From Myxococcota bacterium (lineage in GTDB: Bacteria > Myxococcota_A > SURF-8): a stretch of DNA of 64,000 bases. Shown piece by piece: positions 9,958 through 20,531 of this stretch. How positions within the stretch are numbered: the first letter of the stretch is position 1; each line of letters starts with the position of its first letter. A program made the position numbers and the translations under genes. The stretch lies in contig OZ223209.1 in NCBI GenBank assembly GCA_965140415.1, positions 1,088,001 through 1,152,000 on the forward strand. Direction: 5' to 3'. Under the pieces are notes generated by a model that ran no database searches, was not told where the DNA came from, and worked only from the letters and a program-made list of their open reading frames with translations.

Positions 9958-11508
9958 ATGATGGGTAAAGACGAGAAGAGATATCTTGGATCATGTGTAA
10001 GCATTCTCGGTACAGGCTCCGATGTGGGGAAGAGTATCGTCGCCACAGCCATCTGCCGTATCCTGAAAAACGACGGTATTCGGGTAGCGCCGTTCAAGGC
10101 CCAGAACATGTCCAACAACTCCTGGGTGACGAGTGAAGGGCTTGAGATGGGCCGCGCACAGGTCGTACAGGCCCAAGCTGCGGGTGTCGATCCTCACGTG
10201 GATATGAACCCGGTGTTATTGAAACCGAGTTCGGACACCGGATCGCAGGTTGTTCTGATGGGTAAAGCTCTGGGTAACTCAGAGGCATCAGATTACTTTC
10301 ATGACACGAACAACCTATTCGACCACGCTCGAAAAGCACTTACACGTTTGCAGAATGCCTATGACGTCGTCGTTATGGAGGGCGCTGGCTCATGCGCCGA
10401 AGTCAATCTTCGCTCACGGGATTTCGTCAACTTCAAGATAGCTCACGCAGTGGATGCGCCGGTGATTCTGGTGGCTGACATCGACCGTGGCGGTGTCTTC
10501 GCACAAATCATCGGCACACTGGCCGTACTTTCCGAGCGCGACCACAAACGAATCAAGGGGTTCATCATCAACCGCTTTCGTGGCGATGCAGAATTGTTTA
10601 CGGACGGCATTCAATACATCGAGGAAAAGACCGGCCTTCCCGTGCTTGGCTTGATTCCGTACTTCCATCACATCGATATCGACTCCGAAGACGGCCTGCC
10701 GTTGGACGTAAAAATCGACCCCAAGGAACTCCTCGAACCTTCTCGCATGAACATCGCCGTGTTGCGCCTGCCGCATATTTCGAACTTCACTGATTTCAAT
10801 CCGCTTGCCCGAGAAGCAAACGTGCGACTCGACTACCTCTCAAGACCTCGCTTACTTGAAGGATATGATATTGTATTTCTACCGGGATCGAAAAACGTGC
10901 GCTTTGACGCCGATTGGTTGAGGAATACGGGATGGGCTCCGAACCTGTGTACCTATGCAAATGATGGTGGTCGCATTGGCGGCATTTGTGGCGGCTATCA
11001 GATTCTCGGTAAACGCATTCTCGATCCGCACGGCGTTGAGGGTACGCCGGGTGAAACAAAGGGACTTGGGTTACTGGATGTCGATACGACGTTGGAAAAG
11101 GAAAAGACGCTTACCCGTATTCGGGGGCACTGGAAGGAAAACGGAGAGGCGCTTGACGCATACGAAATCCACATGGGACGTACCACAGGGGAAGACGCTC
11201 AGCGGCCACCGGTAGGTATTATCAACCGCAACGACTTACCATGCGAGGATCGGGATGGAGCGCAGACGGCGGACGGTCGCATCTGGGGAACCTATTTGCA
11301 CGGCCTGTTCGACAGTCCAGGCTTCCGGCGTGCCTGGCTGGAAGAATTCGGTAAATTTGCCGGGAGTATAGAAACAGCAAAGGGCATTCAAGAGATCGAT
11401 GCCTATCGCGAAGAGCAGTACAACCTTCTTGATGCGCACTTCCGCAAGTATTTAGACGTGAGACAACTATTTGACATTATGGGCATCGGGGAGCGACGGC
11501 ACGGATGA
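9958..11508 (+). CDS. cobQ: Cobyric acid synthase
   Basis: GTGSDVGKS, PFKAQNMSNNS, ADIDRGG, ISNFTDF; glutaminase GICGGYQ and GTYLHGLF. Confidence 0.95.
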   Translation: MMGKDEKRYLGSCVSILGTGSDVGKSIVATAICRILKNDGIRVAPFKAQNMSNNSWVTSEGLEMGRAQVVQAQAAGVDPHVDMNPVLLKPSSDTGSQVVLMGKALGNSEASDYFHDTNNLFDHARKALTRLQNAYDVVVMEGAGSCAEVNLRSRDFVNFKIAHAVDAPVILVADIDRGGVFAQIIGTLAVLSERDHKRIKGFIINRFRGDAELFTDGIQYIEEKTGLPVLGLIPYFHHIDIDSEDGLPLDVKIDPKELLEPSRMNIAVLRLPHISNFTDFNPLAREANVRLDYLSRPRLLEGYDIVFLPGSKNVRFDADWLRNTGWAPNLCTYANDGGRIGGICGGYQILGKRILDPHGVEGTPGETKGLGLLDVDTTLEKEKTLTRIRGHWKENGEALDAYEIHMGRTTGEDAQRPPVGIINRNDLPCEDRDGAQTADGRIWGTYLHGLFDSPGFRRAWLEEFGKFAGSIETAKGIQEIDAYREEQYNLLDAHFRKYLDVRQLFDIMGIGERRHG

Positions 11509-11581
11509 GACTGGCGATTTGCGCGGCCAATAATGTCCTTCGAAGTGTTGCTAATTACAAGGAAGGCTAACCGCGAGTGCG

Positions 11582-12992
11582 TGCGTCCCGAAATCTCCGT
11601 CCAAGCTGAAGTTACTTGCATTTTCGTGATCTCTTGGCAAAGCTGTTTTGCATGAAACTCTTGCTCATGATCTTGGTATTGGCCGCCCTGAATCTCTTCC
11701 TATTCGTTTATGTCCATCGGAAACTGATCCTGCTCGTCGCCTTGCAACGCCAGCAACTGGCCGTTTACAAGCGGAGGATCAAACGACCGAGGTTCAAAGA
11801 ACGGGACCGACTTTTCTGGAACGCTTTGACAAAGATCTGGTCGGACTGGAAAGAGCATCTGGTCATTGTCAAACCGGAGACGGTCATCCGTTGGCGTCGC
11901 CGGAAATTCAAGGACTACTGGCGAAAGTTATCAAAGTCAGAAAAGATGATCGGTAGACCGCCCATCACGAGAGAACATATTGTGTTCATCAAACGGATTT
12001 CCACGGATCACCCGGACTACAGTGGAAAACGAATCGCCGGGATGCTAAAAGAACTTTTCGGTGTCGATCACGCTCCAAGTACTGTAGATCGCTACCGGGT
12101 CAAGCTGCCGAAACCGCCCCGTGGAAACCAGCAGTGGAGCACCTTTCTCAAGAATCATGCTTCGGTCATCTGGTCCTTCGATTTCTGTGTCCAGTTCACT
12201 TTCTTCTTCGCCCGGATTTACATCCTGATCATTATTGAACTGGAAAGTCGAAAAATCGTTCACCTCGCTGTGACCTTGCACCCAACCTTGGACTGGCTCA
12301 AACAGCAGATTCGCAACGCCACTTGGGATGATTGCCCTAAGTTTCTGATTCACGACAACGACGGCATCTTCGGACAGTTGGGAAAACCAGTGACAGTTCA
12401 ATTCAAGGGGAAATCGGTTTCTTGCCGCTCGTCGCTGGACTATTGGTTGGTCACGATTATGGGTATCCGGGGAATTCCAACCCCATTCCAAGCGCCCAAT
12501 GCCAACTCCCATTGCGAGCGCGTCGTCGGCACGCTACGCCTGGAGTGCCTGGACCACATGCTCTTTCTCAATGAATGGCATCTGATGAGGGTGCTTCGGG
12601 AATACAAAGAGTATTACAATCACGAGCGTTACCATCAAGGTATCAAGCGGATTCCAAATCCAGCCGCAAACATTGCTGATAGCCGGAACCTTGAAGGTCA
12701 GGGTAAGTTGGTCTCCAAACCGATACTGAACGGATTGCATCACAGCTATCGGCTGGCGGCCTGACTCATTCCGGCTTCCTGCTGGATGATTCCTAGGTCG
12801 GCCCGGCATCGAAACCGATGGACAGGTCTGACCCAATCTCGTCATTTTCGCTTTTCAAGGAACAATTCAGGCAGGGGCGACACTGATTTGGCTCACCAAT
12901 ATCGCTTTCTTCCGTCCCTTCCAAGCTCATGACGTCGTCTCTCACCAGTCATTCATCACCGGATCATGCCCGGATAGAGTTTTCGGGACACA
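11582..12992 (+). mobile_element. Insertion sequence with rve/DDE transposase and imperfect terminal inverted repeats (IS-A)
   Basis: Left TGCGTCCCGAAATCTCCGTCC (11582) versus reverse complement of right TGTGTCCCGAAAACTCTATCC (12972-12992), 17/21 match, TG...CA ends; no target duplication seen. Confidence 0.8.
11652..12764 (+). CDS. Integrase-core (rve) DDE transposase
   Basis: IVKPETVIRW, GRPP; catalytic WSFDF, LIHDNDGIF, ANSHCER; YNHERYHQG. Confidence 0.9.
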   Translation: MKLLLMILVLAALNLFLFVYVHRKLILLVALQRQQLAVYKRRIKRPRFKERDRLFWNALTKIWSDWKEHLVIVKPETVIRWRRRKFKDYWRKLSKSEKMIGRPPITREHIVFIKRISTDHPDYSGKRIAGMLKELFGVDHAPSTVDRYRVKLPKPPRGNQQWSTFLKNHASVIWSFDFCVQFTFFFARIYILIIIELESRKIVHLAVTLHPTLDWLKQQIRNATWDDCPKFLIHDNDGIFGQLGKPVTVQFKGKSVSCRSSLDYWLVTIMGIRGIPTPFQAPNANSHCERVVGTLRLECLDHMLFLNEWHLMRVLREYKEYYNHERYHQGIKRIPNPAANIADSRNLEGQGKLVSKPILNGLHHSYRLAA

Positions 12993-12998
12993 CGGCGG

Positions 12999-13775
12999 TT
13001 ATCCAACTTCATCCTTTATCTTCAAAACCTCAAACCGGTTTTCGAGGAATAGCCTAGCGAGCTTTGGGTCGAAATGCGTTCCGCTATCGTCCATGATGAT
13101 CTGAAAAGCATCATCCACGGGAAATGGTTCTTTATAAGGCCGTCGCGATGTCAAAGCGTCGAAAACGTCAGCCACGGCGGCGATTCGACCGACGATGGGA
13201 ATCTGAGTGCCCTTGAGTCCTTTAGGGTATCCGGATCCGTTCCATTTTTCGTGATGACTCAAGGCAATCTGATTCGCCCACTGCAAAACAAGCGCATCGG
13301 ATTCACCTAAAATCTGCGCCCCGATGATCGTGTGCGATTTGATGATATCGAATTCTTCTTTCGTTAGTCTTCCTTTTTTCAGCAGGATCGCATCCGGTAT
13401 GCCAATCTTGCCTACATCATGCATTGGTGCAGCCAGAAGAATCGCTTCAACATGCGCTTTTTCAAAACCTAGTTTCTCAGCCAGCATGGCGGAGTACCGG
13501 CTCATACGAACGATATGATCGCCTGTATCTTCATCCCTGTATTCAGCCGCTGTGACCAGTCTTTGAATGGTGGCCGCGTAGGATCCCTGCAAAGCCTGGT
13601 GCGCGGCTTGCAAAGCGGTGTTGGTTTCGTTCAATTCTCTTGCGTATATCTGTAATTGTTCGTTGGCTCGTTGAAGTTCCTCCCGCTTCTTTTTTTCGGA
13701 CTGATAGACGCGAGAAAGATCTTCAGCGTATTTGGATAGTTGGTCGTTTTTGGGGGTTAGGGTATCGTCAGGCAT
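12999..13775 (-). CDS. HD-GYP cyclic-dinucleotide phosphodiesterase with N-terminal coiled coil
   Basis: MHDVGKIGIPD, HHEKWNGSGYP, ADVFDAL..RPYK. Confidence 0.92.
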   Translation of the reverse strand: MPDDTLTPKNDQLSKYAEDLSRVYQSEKKKREELQRANEQLQIYARELNETNTALQAAHQALQGSYAATIQRLVTAAEYRDEDTGDHIVRMSRYSAMLAEKLGFEKAHVEAILLAAPMHDVGKIGIPDAILLKKGRLTKEEFDIIKSHTIIGAQILGESDALVLQWANQIALSHHEKWNGSGYPKGLKGTQIPIVGRIAAVADVFDALTSRRPYKEPFPVDDAFQIIMDDSGTHFDPKLARLFLENRFEVLKIKDEVG

Positions 13776-14676
13776 CGGCTGCTTCCTCTTTCTGGCGAGG
13801 CTTGTAGATATCTACTTCAGACTTCAGTCGTCCGCTACGAATGTAGCTCTGAACCCGATCCAAATAATTATTGGTAATCACCGTATCTGCACCAAGCAGT
13901 TTGACTCCATCAGTTGTAATGACTGGTTCAGCAAGAATCATTCCCTCGCGCAGTGTTTCCATTGCTATGCGCAGCTTCTCCTTAAATGGATCATCATCGC
14001 CAACAATCAGTCGTTTGAACTCAATAAATACCTCTGGATCGAAAGCAATGCCTGCATCTTTTGCCAATTGTTCGATCACTCTATCGGGAGAGATGCGGGA
14101 CGCTTTGACATTCCGATGGATGTCGTAGTGATCCACCACCGTTAATATCCGGCTCTCCAAAGGAATGGCGGTGCTTTTTAGGCGGTTGGGAAAGCCGGTT
14201 CCGTTGAAATATTCATGATGGGCTGCGATGATACTGGCGACATTCTTAAATCTTTCCGACGAGGCGATGGGGCGAATATGGACAACGGGATGCTTCACAT
14301 ACATTTCCGGAAGCTTTTTAACGTCAGTGGAATAAAATAACAGTATTTTGCGCGGGGGTATACCGATCAGTTCGATATCATGCAGCAGGGCGGCAATTTT
14401 CAGGTCATTCAATCGCAGATTGCCTATCTCCAGGCGCTTGCCAAGCAGATCCGCATAATACGCCACGCGTCTGCAATGACCGCCGAGAAATTCATCGTAA
14501 AGGTTGATCAAATCGAAGCCCATCAGAACCGTTTCGTAGTAGTTCTCTTCAAGCTCCCGCTGCGTTTCCTGAAGACGACGGTTTTCCTCTTTGAGTTCCT
14601 TGTAGACTCGCGAAACATCTTCGGCGTACTTGACCAATTGCTGATGAATAATCTTGTCTTCGTTGCTTTCCGGCAT
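13768..14676 (-). CDS. Degenerate HD-GYP-family protein
   Basis: GHCRRV, LHDIELIG (no GK), HHEYFNGTGFP; start could also be GTG 14685. Confidence 0.8.
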   Translation of the reverse strand: MPESNEDKIIHQQLVKYAEDVSRVYKELKEENRRLQETQRELEENYYETVLMGFDLINLYDEFLGGHCRRVAYYADLLGKRLEIGNLRLNDLKIAALLHDIELIGIPPRKILLFYSTDVKKLPEMYVKHPVVHIRPIASSERFKNVASIIAAHHEYFNGTGFPNRLKSTAIPLESRILTVVDHYDIHRNVKASRISPDRVIEQLAKDAGIAFDPEVFIEFKRLIVGDDDPFKEKLRIAMETLREGMILAEPVITTDGVKLLGADTVITNNYLDRVQSYIRSGRLKSEVDIYKPRQKEEAADA

Positions 14677-14688
14677 GGTTGCCACCCG

Positions 14689-14940
14689 TTATTGTTCGAG
14701 CACTTCGTCCACCTTGCGCATCAGATCGAGTGGACTGAATGGTTTGGCGAAATAATCGTCTGCGCCCGCCTTGAACCCGGCCTCGCGGTCCGCTTCCTGG
14801 CCTTTTGCCGTCAGCATGACGATTTTGCAGTCCTGCAGCGATTTCTCGGCTTTGATGCTGGAAGTTGCCTGCAGACCGTCCATCCCGCCCGGCATCATCA
14901 CGTCCATGATGATCAGATTCGGGCGATGACGCTTGGCCAT
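14689..14940 (-). pseudogene. Single-domain response regulator lacking its N-terminal third
   Basis: LIIMDVMMPG, MLTAKG, DDYFAKPFSP are present; the first strand with the acidic pair is absent and upstream sequence is transposon trailer. Confidence 0.8.
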
Positions 14941-16534
14941 AGTAACAGAGTGAAAGTGATAACTGGTGGAAAACAGTAGGGAAAGATGGTGGAGGGAAAG
15001 ATGCCGGAGTTGGAAGTGTCTCCGTGGTTTTCAGAAGCTAGAGTGTGACATCGGGTGGGCGGAAACCAGGTTTCCATAAAGCAGTTGCAGAAAAGTTACA
15101 TTCTAAGTATTTGGCAATGCTCATGATTCTCAATTTTCGTCGAATCGTCGTTTTGGTCTCGATTTTGGTCATAAGCAATGTCATCTCACAATCCATTTTC
15201 GTTCAATTCCTGTGAGTTTTCGCTTTTCAGGCATACCAACCCATCAGCGATCCACTCGCAATTTTGCAATCCTATTGCATAATAGCCGATCCGGAGTTCT
15301 CTCAGGCGGCCTTTTTCTCTTCGTCTACCCAACGATAGCCAACCAGCTTACCACCCGCAAACTCGACACTTTCGAGCCGCTTATCGCGTACATCGTCGAT
15401 ACGGGTTACGTCGCTAATCCGTTTACCGGAAGCGAACTCGGTCGGTGTCATGCCGTTCAGGGTTTGATGAGCACGGTAGTCGTTGAACCAGGTCTGGTAC
15501 TCGTCGAGAAAATTCTGTAGTTCCTCAACCGTCCCTGCTCTGATATGGTTGACCAATTCGTATTTGACGCTTTGCACGGATCGTTCGGCGTAACAATTCA
15601 TGGTCGGATATCTCGGTGGAGATTTCAATTCCTTGATCTCGGTCACAGCCAGCAGTCGTATGACCTGACCTTTGAAAAGCGGATCGCGATCATGCACAAT
15701 CTTCTGTGGACGTCGCTTCCATTTTCGGAATACATCGACCAGTGCTCCGGCCACTCCGTATGAATCCATGAATCGACGACCTTCAAAGACTCGAAGTTCC
15801 AGAAGCTCTTTTGTAAAGGTGTCGCAAACCAACAGCACAGCGACTTCCGTTCCTTTACGAAGATGAGTGAAGAAAAAATCGATTGCCCACACTTCGTCCT
15901 TGAAGGTTCCTGCCCACTTCTCCCATTTCGATCTACGATCATCAATCGGATGCAGGCCATGTTCTTTCAAGATTTTGGAGACGGTATAGATGGACACCCG
16001 AATCCCCATACGACCCAGCGTCTCTGATATTTTCGGACTACCAAACCTCGGATTCTCCCGCTTAATCCTCAGCACCCATTTAACGATCACCTCGTCTACC
16101 GGCGGTCGACCCATTCGTTTCTTCTGTTTCGTAAAAGGATGTCGGAATCGTGTAGCCCATGTCTTGATCGTTGTCGGGCTGGAACCAAGGAACTTATCGA
16201 TAAAGAGTTTGTTTCCTCGTGTAAGCAAGTAGGCATAGACCTGAGATAATCGGGTGGAAATCGTCATCGGGGTTCGCTTGTTTCGAGCCTTATGCAACTC
16301 CTTCCGCAACGATTCATTGACGGCCTTGAGAGCCAGGTTCTCAGAGTAGAGTCGGCGAAGTTCATTTGGATGGGGCGAATAGCCAATTTTCGAGAGTTGA
16401 TCAACGAGTAATATCAAGGGCCAGTAAAGGCAAAATCGAAACAGGGTCATAAAGCAACTTTCCAGTAAAACGGTTCAGGTTACTGATCGTGTTCAAGGCG
16501 ACGAGGAGTATCGAGTAATGAAGTGTGGCAGGCA
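14941..16534 (-). mobile_element. Second rve-type insertion element (IS-B); boundaries approximate
   Basis: Starts TGCCTGCCACAC directly after the brxA stop; a non-coding trailer runs up to the truncated response regulator; no terminal inverted repeat pair found. Confidence 0.55.
15302..16450 (-). CDS. Integrase-core (rve) DDE transposase
   Basis: GRPP..RENPRFG..KI; WAIDFF, IVHDRDPLF, NCYAERSV; FNDYRAHQTL. Confidence 0.9.
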   Translation of the reverse strand: MTLFRFCLYWPLILLVDQLSKIGYSPHPNELRRLYSENLALKAVNESLRKELHKARNKRTPMTISTRLSQVYAYLLTRGNKLFIDKFLGSSPTTIKTWATRFRHPFTKQKKRMGRPPVDEVIVKWVLRIKRENPRFGSPKISETLGRMGIRVSIYTVSKILKEHGLHPIDDRRSKWEKWAGTFKDEVWAIDFFFTHLRKGTEVAVLLVCDTFTKELLELRVFEGRRFMDSYGVAGALVDVFRKWKRRPQKIVHDRDPLFKGQVIRLLAVTEIKELKSPPRYPTMNCYAERSVQSVKYELVNHIRAGTVEELQNFLDEYQTWFNDYRAHQTLNGMTPTEFASGKRISDVTRIDDVRDKRLESVEFAGGKLVGYRWVDEEKKAA

Positions 16535-17278
16535 CTATTCCAGTAATTTAAGAAGTTCGTCATCCAAACCGTAACGAACAACGTCGATTGCATTGCTCTG
16601 CTGTGAGACAAAATCACCTGTCAATTCGGGAAGATGAAATGGGAAAAATGCTGGATTGTCTTTCAACAGCTCGAATGCGATCTTGCCTTCTTTTGTTGTG
16701 TGAAGAGCTGATTCATAGAGAAGTATTGTGAGATTTGGATCACTGATTCCCACTGTTTTGCTTTTTTTATAGCAACCTTTTGCCTTGGCATCCTTTAGAA
16801 CACCCCAAGCAACAAAGGACCTGATTGCATAACGGGCATTCCTGGCGACTGTTTCCCTATCACCATATTGTTCCTTGAGACGAGAGAACACCTGTGCCTG
16901 CGTAATCTGATCCTGCAAGTTAAAAAGCCTTCCTGTCTGCTTTGCCACATTAAACCAGAAAGGATAAGATGCAGAGATTACGGCCCAATGGTATGGAAGC
17001 CAGTTTTGGGGATTTTCATGGCGAATAAGTTCAAGAGCATGATCCCTGAAGGGGGTTAACTCTTTGTCCGGTGCAAACCACGAAGCGAGAAAATGAATAA
17101 CAAACTGATGAGTTTGGGGAGCACTTCCATTATATGGTTTTTCTATTGCCAAATATCCCTTTAATTCAGCACGAATCTCTTTTTCCGAAAGACCTGCCAA
17201 CATCATTTTGACAGCATAGTCCATCCATTGTTTTTGAATGGTCTGCTTGATGCCTAGTTTCTCGTGCCTTTTGATCAT
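16535..17278 (-). CDS. brxA: BREX type 3 BrxA-like protein
   Basis: Coupled to pglZ by TAATG overlap; YPFWFNVA..GRL, YGDRETV.R..RY.IRSF..WG motifs; matches the type 3 order brxHII-pglZ-brxA. Confidence 0.7.
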   Translation of the reverse strand: MIKRHEKLGIKQTIQKQWMDYAVKMMLAGLSEKEIRAELKGYLAIEKPYNGSAPQTHQFVIHFLASWFAPDKELTPFRDHALELIRHENPQNWLPYHWAVISASYPFWFNVAKQTGRLFNLQDQITQAQVFSRLKEQYGDRETVARNARYAIRSFVAWGVLKDAKAKGCYKKSKTVGISDPNLTILLYESALHTTKEGKIAFELLKDNPAFFPFHLPELTGDFVSQQSNAIDVVRYGLDDELLKLLE

Positions 17279-19272
17279 TATTGCTTCCTCTTCTCAACTT
17301 TGACCAGAGGAACAATAACTTCTTCGATAGCAATACCTCCATGGCCGATAATTTGGTCGCCTTCTTTGACAAATGCATCATTCCCGGTGGCAACCAATGG
17401 GAAATAATTGTCAGGAAGTCCCGTGGGCTTCCACTCATGTCCAAAAGCAATTTTCGACGATACTTGAGAACGTAGCTCTGGTGTCGGATATATGCGAACT
17501 CTTTCACCACGACTTTCTGCAATAGCACCTTCTGTCGGTCGCCCCTTGCCAATTGATTCTATGTTGCCATGGTCAGATGTGATCCAAATTTGATATCCAT
17601 GGTTGTCCAGATAATTAAGCAATGAAACCAGGTATTCGCCTCGACACCATTGATCTATCTGATTATGCATGCCTGCGGCTCCAAGCTGCATCCCATGCAT
17701 GATCTTATCAACTTTATCTATCACAAGCCCGACAACCTTAGTCTGTGCTGGATTGATTAAACTGTCCATAACGGCCTCAATATCTCCATCTCCGAGGCCA
17801 CGTTTATACGCTATATCTAACTTGGAAATGTCATAGCCTTGCCAAAATTGCTTCCACAGCTTTTCTTCGCTGTTTGTTGAGTTTATTGAGGATGGAAAAT
17901 AGATTGGCGGTTTGCCTGAGAATATTGACTGTCTGGAGACTGACGTGAGCGTTGGTATCCATGCAAATGTTGCAGACTCACGTAGAACCAGCTCACTGTT
18001 TTGATCCTGGATAATATTTCGGACAGTTACCCATTGATCCAACGAAAGCCCGTCGATTACTAACAAGGCTATTTTGTTGCTTTGTTGATCTTCAAGATAT
18101 CGAGCCAGGTGTCGTGGAACATGGTGCAACATTGCCGGGGTCGAGGGCGGCAGATTGATCAGACTGGCATAATGTGTCGCCAACCAATCAGCAAACAGGC
18201 TATTCAGCTTTAGGCTAAACTCGTTATAGCGGTCTAAATGTATTGAGCTACTATCAGCAAATATCAGAGCCGAGAGTTCAGCTCGTTTCATGGCAAGTGA
18301 AAGCCAGTCCGTATATCGTGATTCTATCGATAGTTGAGTCGCTTCAATGAGTTCAAATAGTCGAGAAATCCTGAGATCCTCGTTGCCGGACGTTGATGTT
18401 GAAATTCCGCTTAGAATCCAAGAATCCTTCTCTATCTCCACATCTGGTAAATCAACAGGTGAAAGCTTTCCTTCGATAAACAAGTTGTCGATATAAACTC
18501 GTATATCCTGATGATCAAAAGGTAGCATCTCCGGACCTTCTACCTTAAATCCATAGGCTGTGCGGTCTTTTTTAACCGAGTTTGAATGTTTGAGAGTCTC
18601 TAGAAATACTGGCCACCGTTCTTGAACAAAAGTAAAAAACAGGTCTTCATCTGGAATGATTTTCGACAACTTCCAGTTCTCAAAGCTCTTATTGTTTTTT
18701 AGAACCTCGATCAACCTGTCAGCCAATATAGCTGGAATGGCCGTGCTCCCATAATGCAAGCGCAACAGAAAACGGAAAAGCTCAATTTCTGTTAGAATGA
18801 CTTCTGCTGCAACTCCAAACACGTAGTGAAGGATGAAGTCTTTTGTGGCGTTATCGCCCATGCGATCGGTTGGTGTTTTCGATTGAGCTTCAAATAATGA
18901 ATCCAGCAGGCTACGATCAAGCTGTTCAACAACTGGATAGCTCATGTTGGGAAAAATCTCTCCCAAGTTGAAAGAAAGCTTTCTTCCTACCTGCAGTAGG
19001 TCATAAGGAAGGGCATCAAATTCAGTATCCTGTATTCGCAGAATCACTACAAGGTCTGTGTGTTCTCCCCTGTCCCAAATAGAGCGATATCTTGATTCAT
19101 AGGCATATCTAAACTCAATCGGATCGTTAAATTCAATGAGATCGAAGCCACGCTCTCTAAGTTTTGTTGCCAACTTTTCTTCAGTCAATAGACAATCCGG
19201 ATCGGATACCAAAGTTAGTTTGGCAACATTGGGTACGAAATCTTTAAGGATGGTGTCTCGCCAGCTAGTCAC
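17278..19272 (-). CDS. pglZ: BREX type 3 alkaline-phosphatase-like PglZ
   Basis: LVSDPD.LL N-terminus; LLVIDGL, PTLTSVSRQ, ITSDHGN, HGG...EEVIVP; GTG start after GGAGG. Confidence 0.92.
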   Translation of the reverse strand: MTSWRDTILKDFVPNVAKLTLVSDPDCLLTEEKLATKLRERGFDLIEFNDPIEFRYAYESRYRSIWDRGEHTDLVVILRIQDTEFDALPYDLLQVGRKLSFNLGEIFPNMSYPVVEQLDRSLLDSLFEAQSKTPTDRMGDNATKDFILHYVFGVAAEVILTEIELFRFLLRLHYGSTAIPAILADRLIEVLKNNKSFENWKLSKIIPDEDLFFTFVQERWPVFLETLKHSNSVKKDRTAYGFKVEGPEMLPFDHQDIRVYIDNLFIEGKLSPVDLPDVEIEKDSWILSGISTSTSGNEDLRISRLFELIEATQLSIESRYTDWLSLAMKRAELSALIFADSSSIHLDRYNEFSLKLNSLFADWLATHYASLINLPPSTPAMLHHVPRHLARYLEDQQSNKIALLVIDGLSLDQWVTVRNIIQDQNSELVLRESATFAWIPTLTSVSRQSIFSGKPPIYFPSSINSTNSEEKLWKQFWQGYDISKLDIAYKRGLGDGDIEAVMDSLINPAQTKVVGLVIDKVDKIMHGMQLGAAGMHNQIDQWCRGEYLVSLLNYLDNHGYQIWITSDHGNIESIGKGRPTEGAIAESRGERVRIYPTPELRSQVSSKIAFGHEWKPTGLPDNYFPLVATGNDAFVKEGDQIIGHGGIAIEEVIVPLVKVEKRKQ

Positions 19273-20531
19273 AAACACCTCCATCACAAATATTGAGCAT
19301 TAAAAGAGGCCGCATTTCCGGTACGATCTGCCGGGCCGATTTAAGCTCGCTTCTCCACTGTGCTTCATCTTCCTCCAGACGAGACATTCTGAACAGCCTT
19401 ACTTCAGGTAGTCCTAGTCGATCAATGGCTTTGCGACGGGATGCAAAGGCGATCCTGCCACGCTCTTCTTCACGAGTCACTGCTTTCAAATGGGCTTCAT
19501 GCATAGTGTCAAACAACTCTTGACCGGCCTGTTCAGCTTCGGATAGAAGCTTTTCTCCAAACTCATTGGATTCATTAGATTCCATCAAGTCAACTATACG
19601 AACATCATTGGTCAACAACTGATCCCAGATGTGTCTTGCAGTTGGCATAAACAGCTTTCCTTCATTGCTGACGAAAGCCGGAAGGTAGCTTCGCCTCATC
19701 AGAGGGATTCGGATTTGAGAGTTGGCTGGTTGCTGAACAGAGATACGTATCTCAAAAAGCCCCCATAGACCCGTAACCGTCTTAGGAAGACCGCTTATCG
19801 ATACATTAGGCACAGGCTGCCCAGGAATAAATTGAGGAAGATTCATGGCTAAGCCACGAACCCGTGCATTCTCAAGTGACAAGAGATTGCCATCAGACAA
19901 GAGGTTCTTGGATTGAAAAACTCCGCTTTGCACCCTTTCACCATCTGGCCATTCAAAGTTCCAACCGAGAAGATCCTTTTCAAGCTTGCACTCTTTCATT
20001 TTCAGATAGTGCGTCGTCATTCGTTCGATCCAGTGGGGCAAAGGATGACTTCGTAGTTTTTCAGCAGTCTGCAAGTCCGGATCTTCAGATATTCCATATA
20101 CGGCACATTGCTTGCGAACTTGCTGCACTTCGTCCTGCAGGTTTTTTATAGTTTGGTCAACCTCCATATCTGGATCAGAATCTTCCATAATGACCTGAGT
20201 CATCATCTTCTCGATCATTTCACCAGATAGAGATGTGTCCAGAATATCGTTGGCTTTATCAATGCCCATTTCATCCAGAATAATGGACAGTTTTGTTTGA
20301 AGAACTTCCCGAACCCTGCATTCAACTGAGTTTTCATATACAAAATTGACTGCCCGCACGATTTTGCTTTGGCCAATACGATCAACACGACCGATTCTTT
20401 GTTCAATACGCATCGGATTCCATGGCAAATCGTAGTTAACCACCACATGGCAAAACTGCAGATTAAGTCCTTCACCACCTGCATCTGTTGCAATAAGAAC
20501 TCTAGCTTTATCACGAAATTCACGTTGGGCG
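19265..20531 (-). pseudogene. brxHII: C-terminal part of BrxHII SNF2-like helicase; 5' part lost
   Basis: ATDAGGEGLNLQF, NYDLPWNPMRIEQRIGRVDRIGQ; no Walker A/B half; sequence switches to transposase at ~20531. Confidence 0.85.

Noticed and set aside
11570-13000. Target-site duplication for IS-A
   Set aside because: The flanks (agtgcg / cggcgg) do not match
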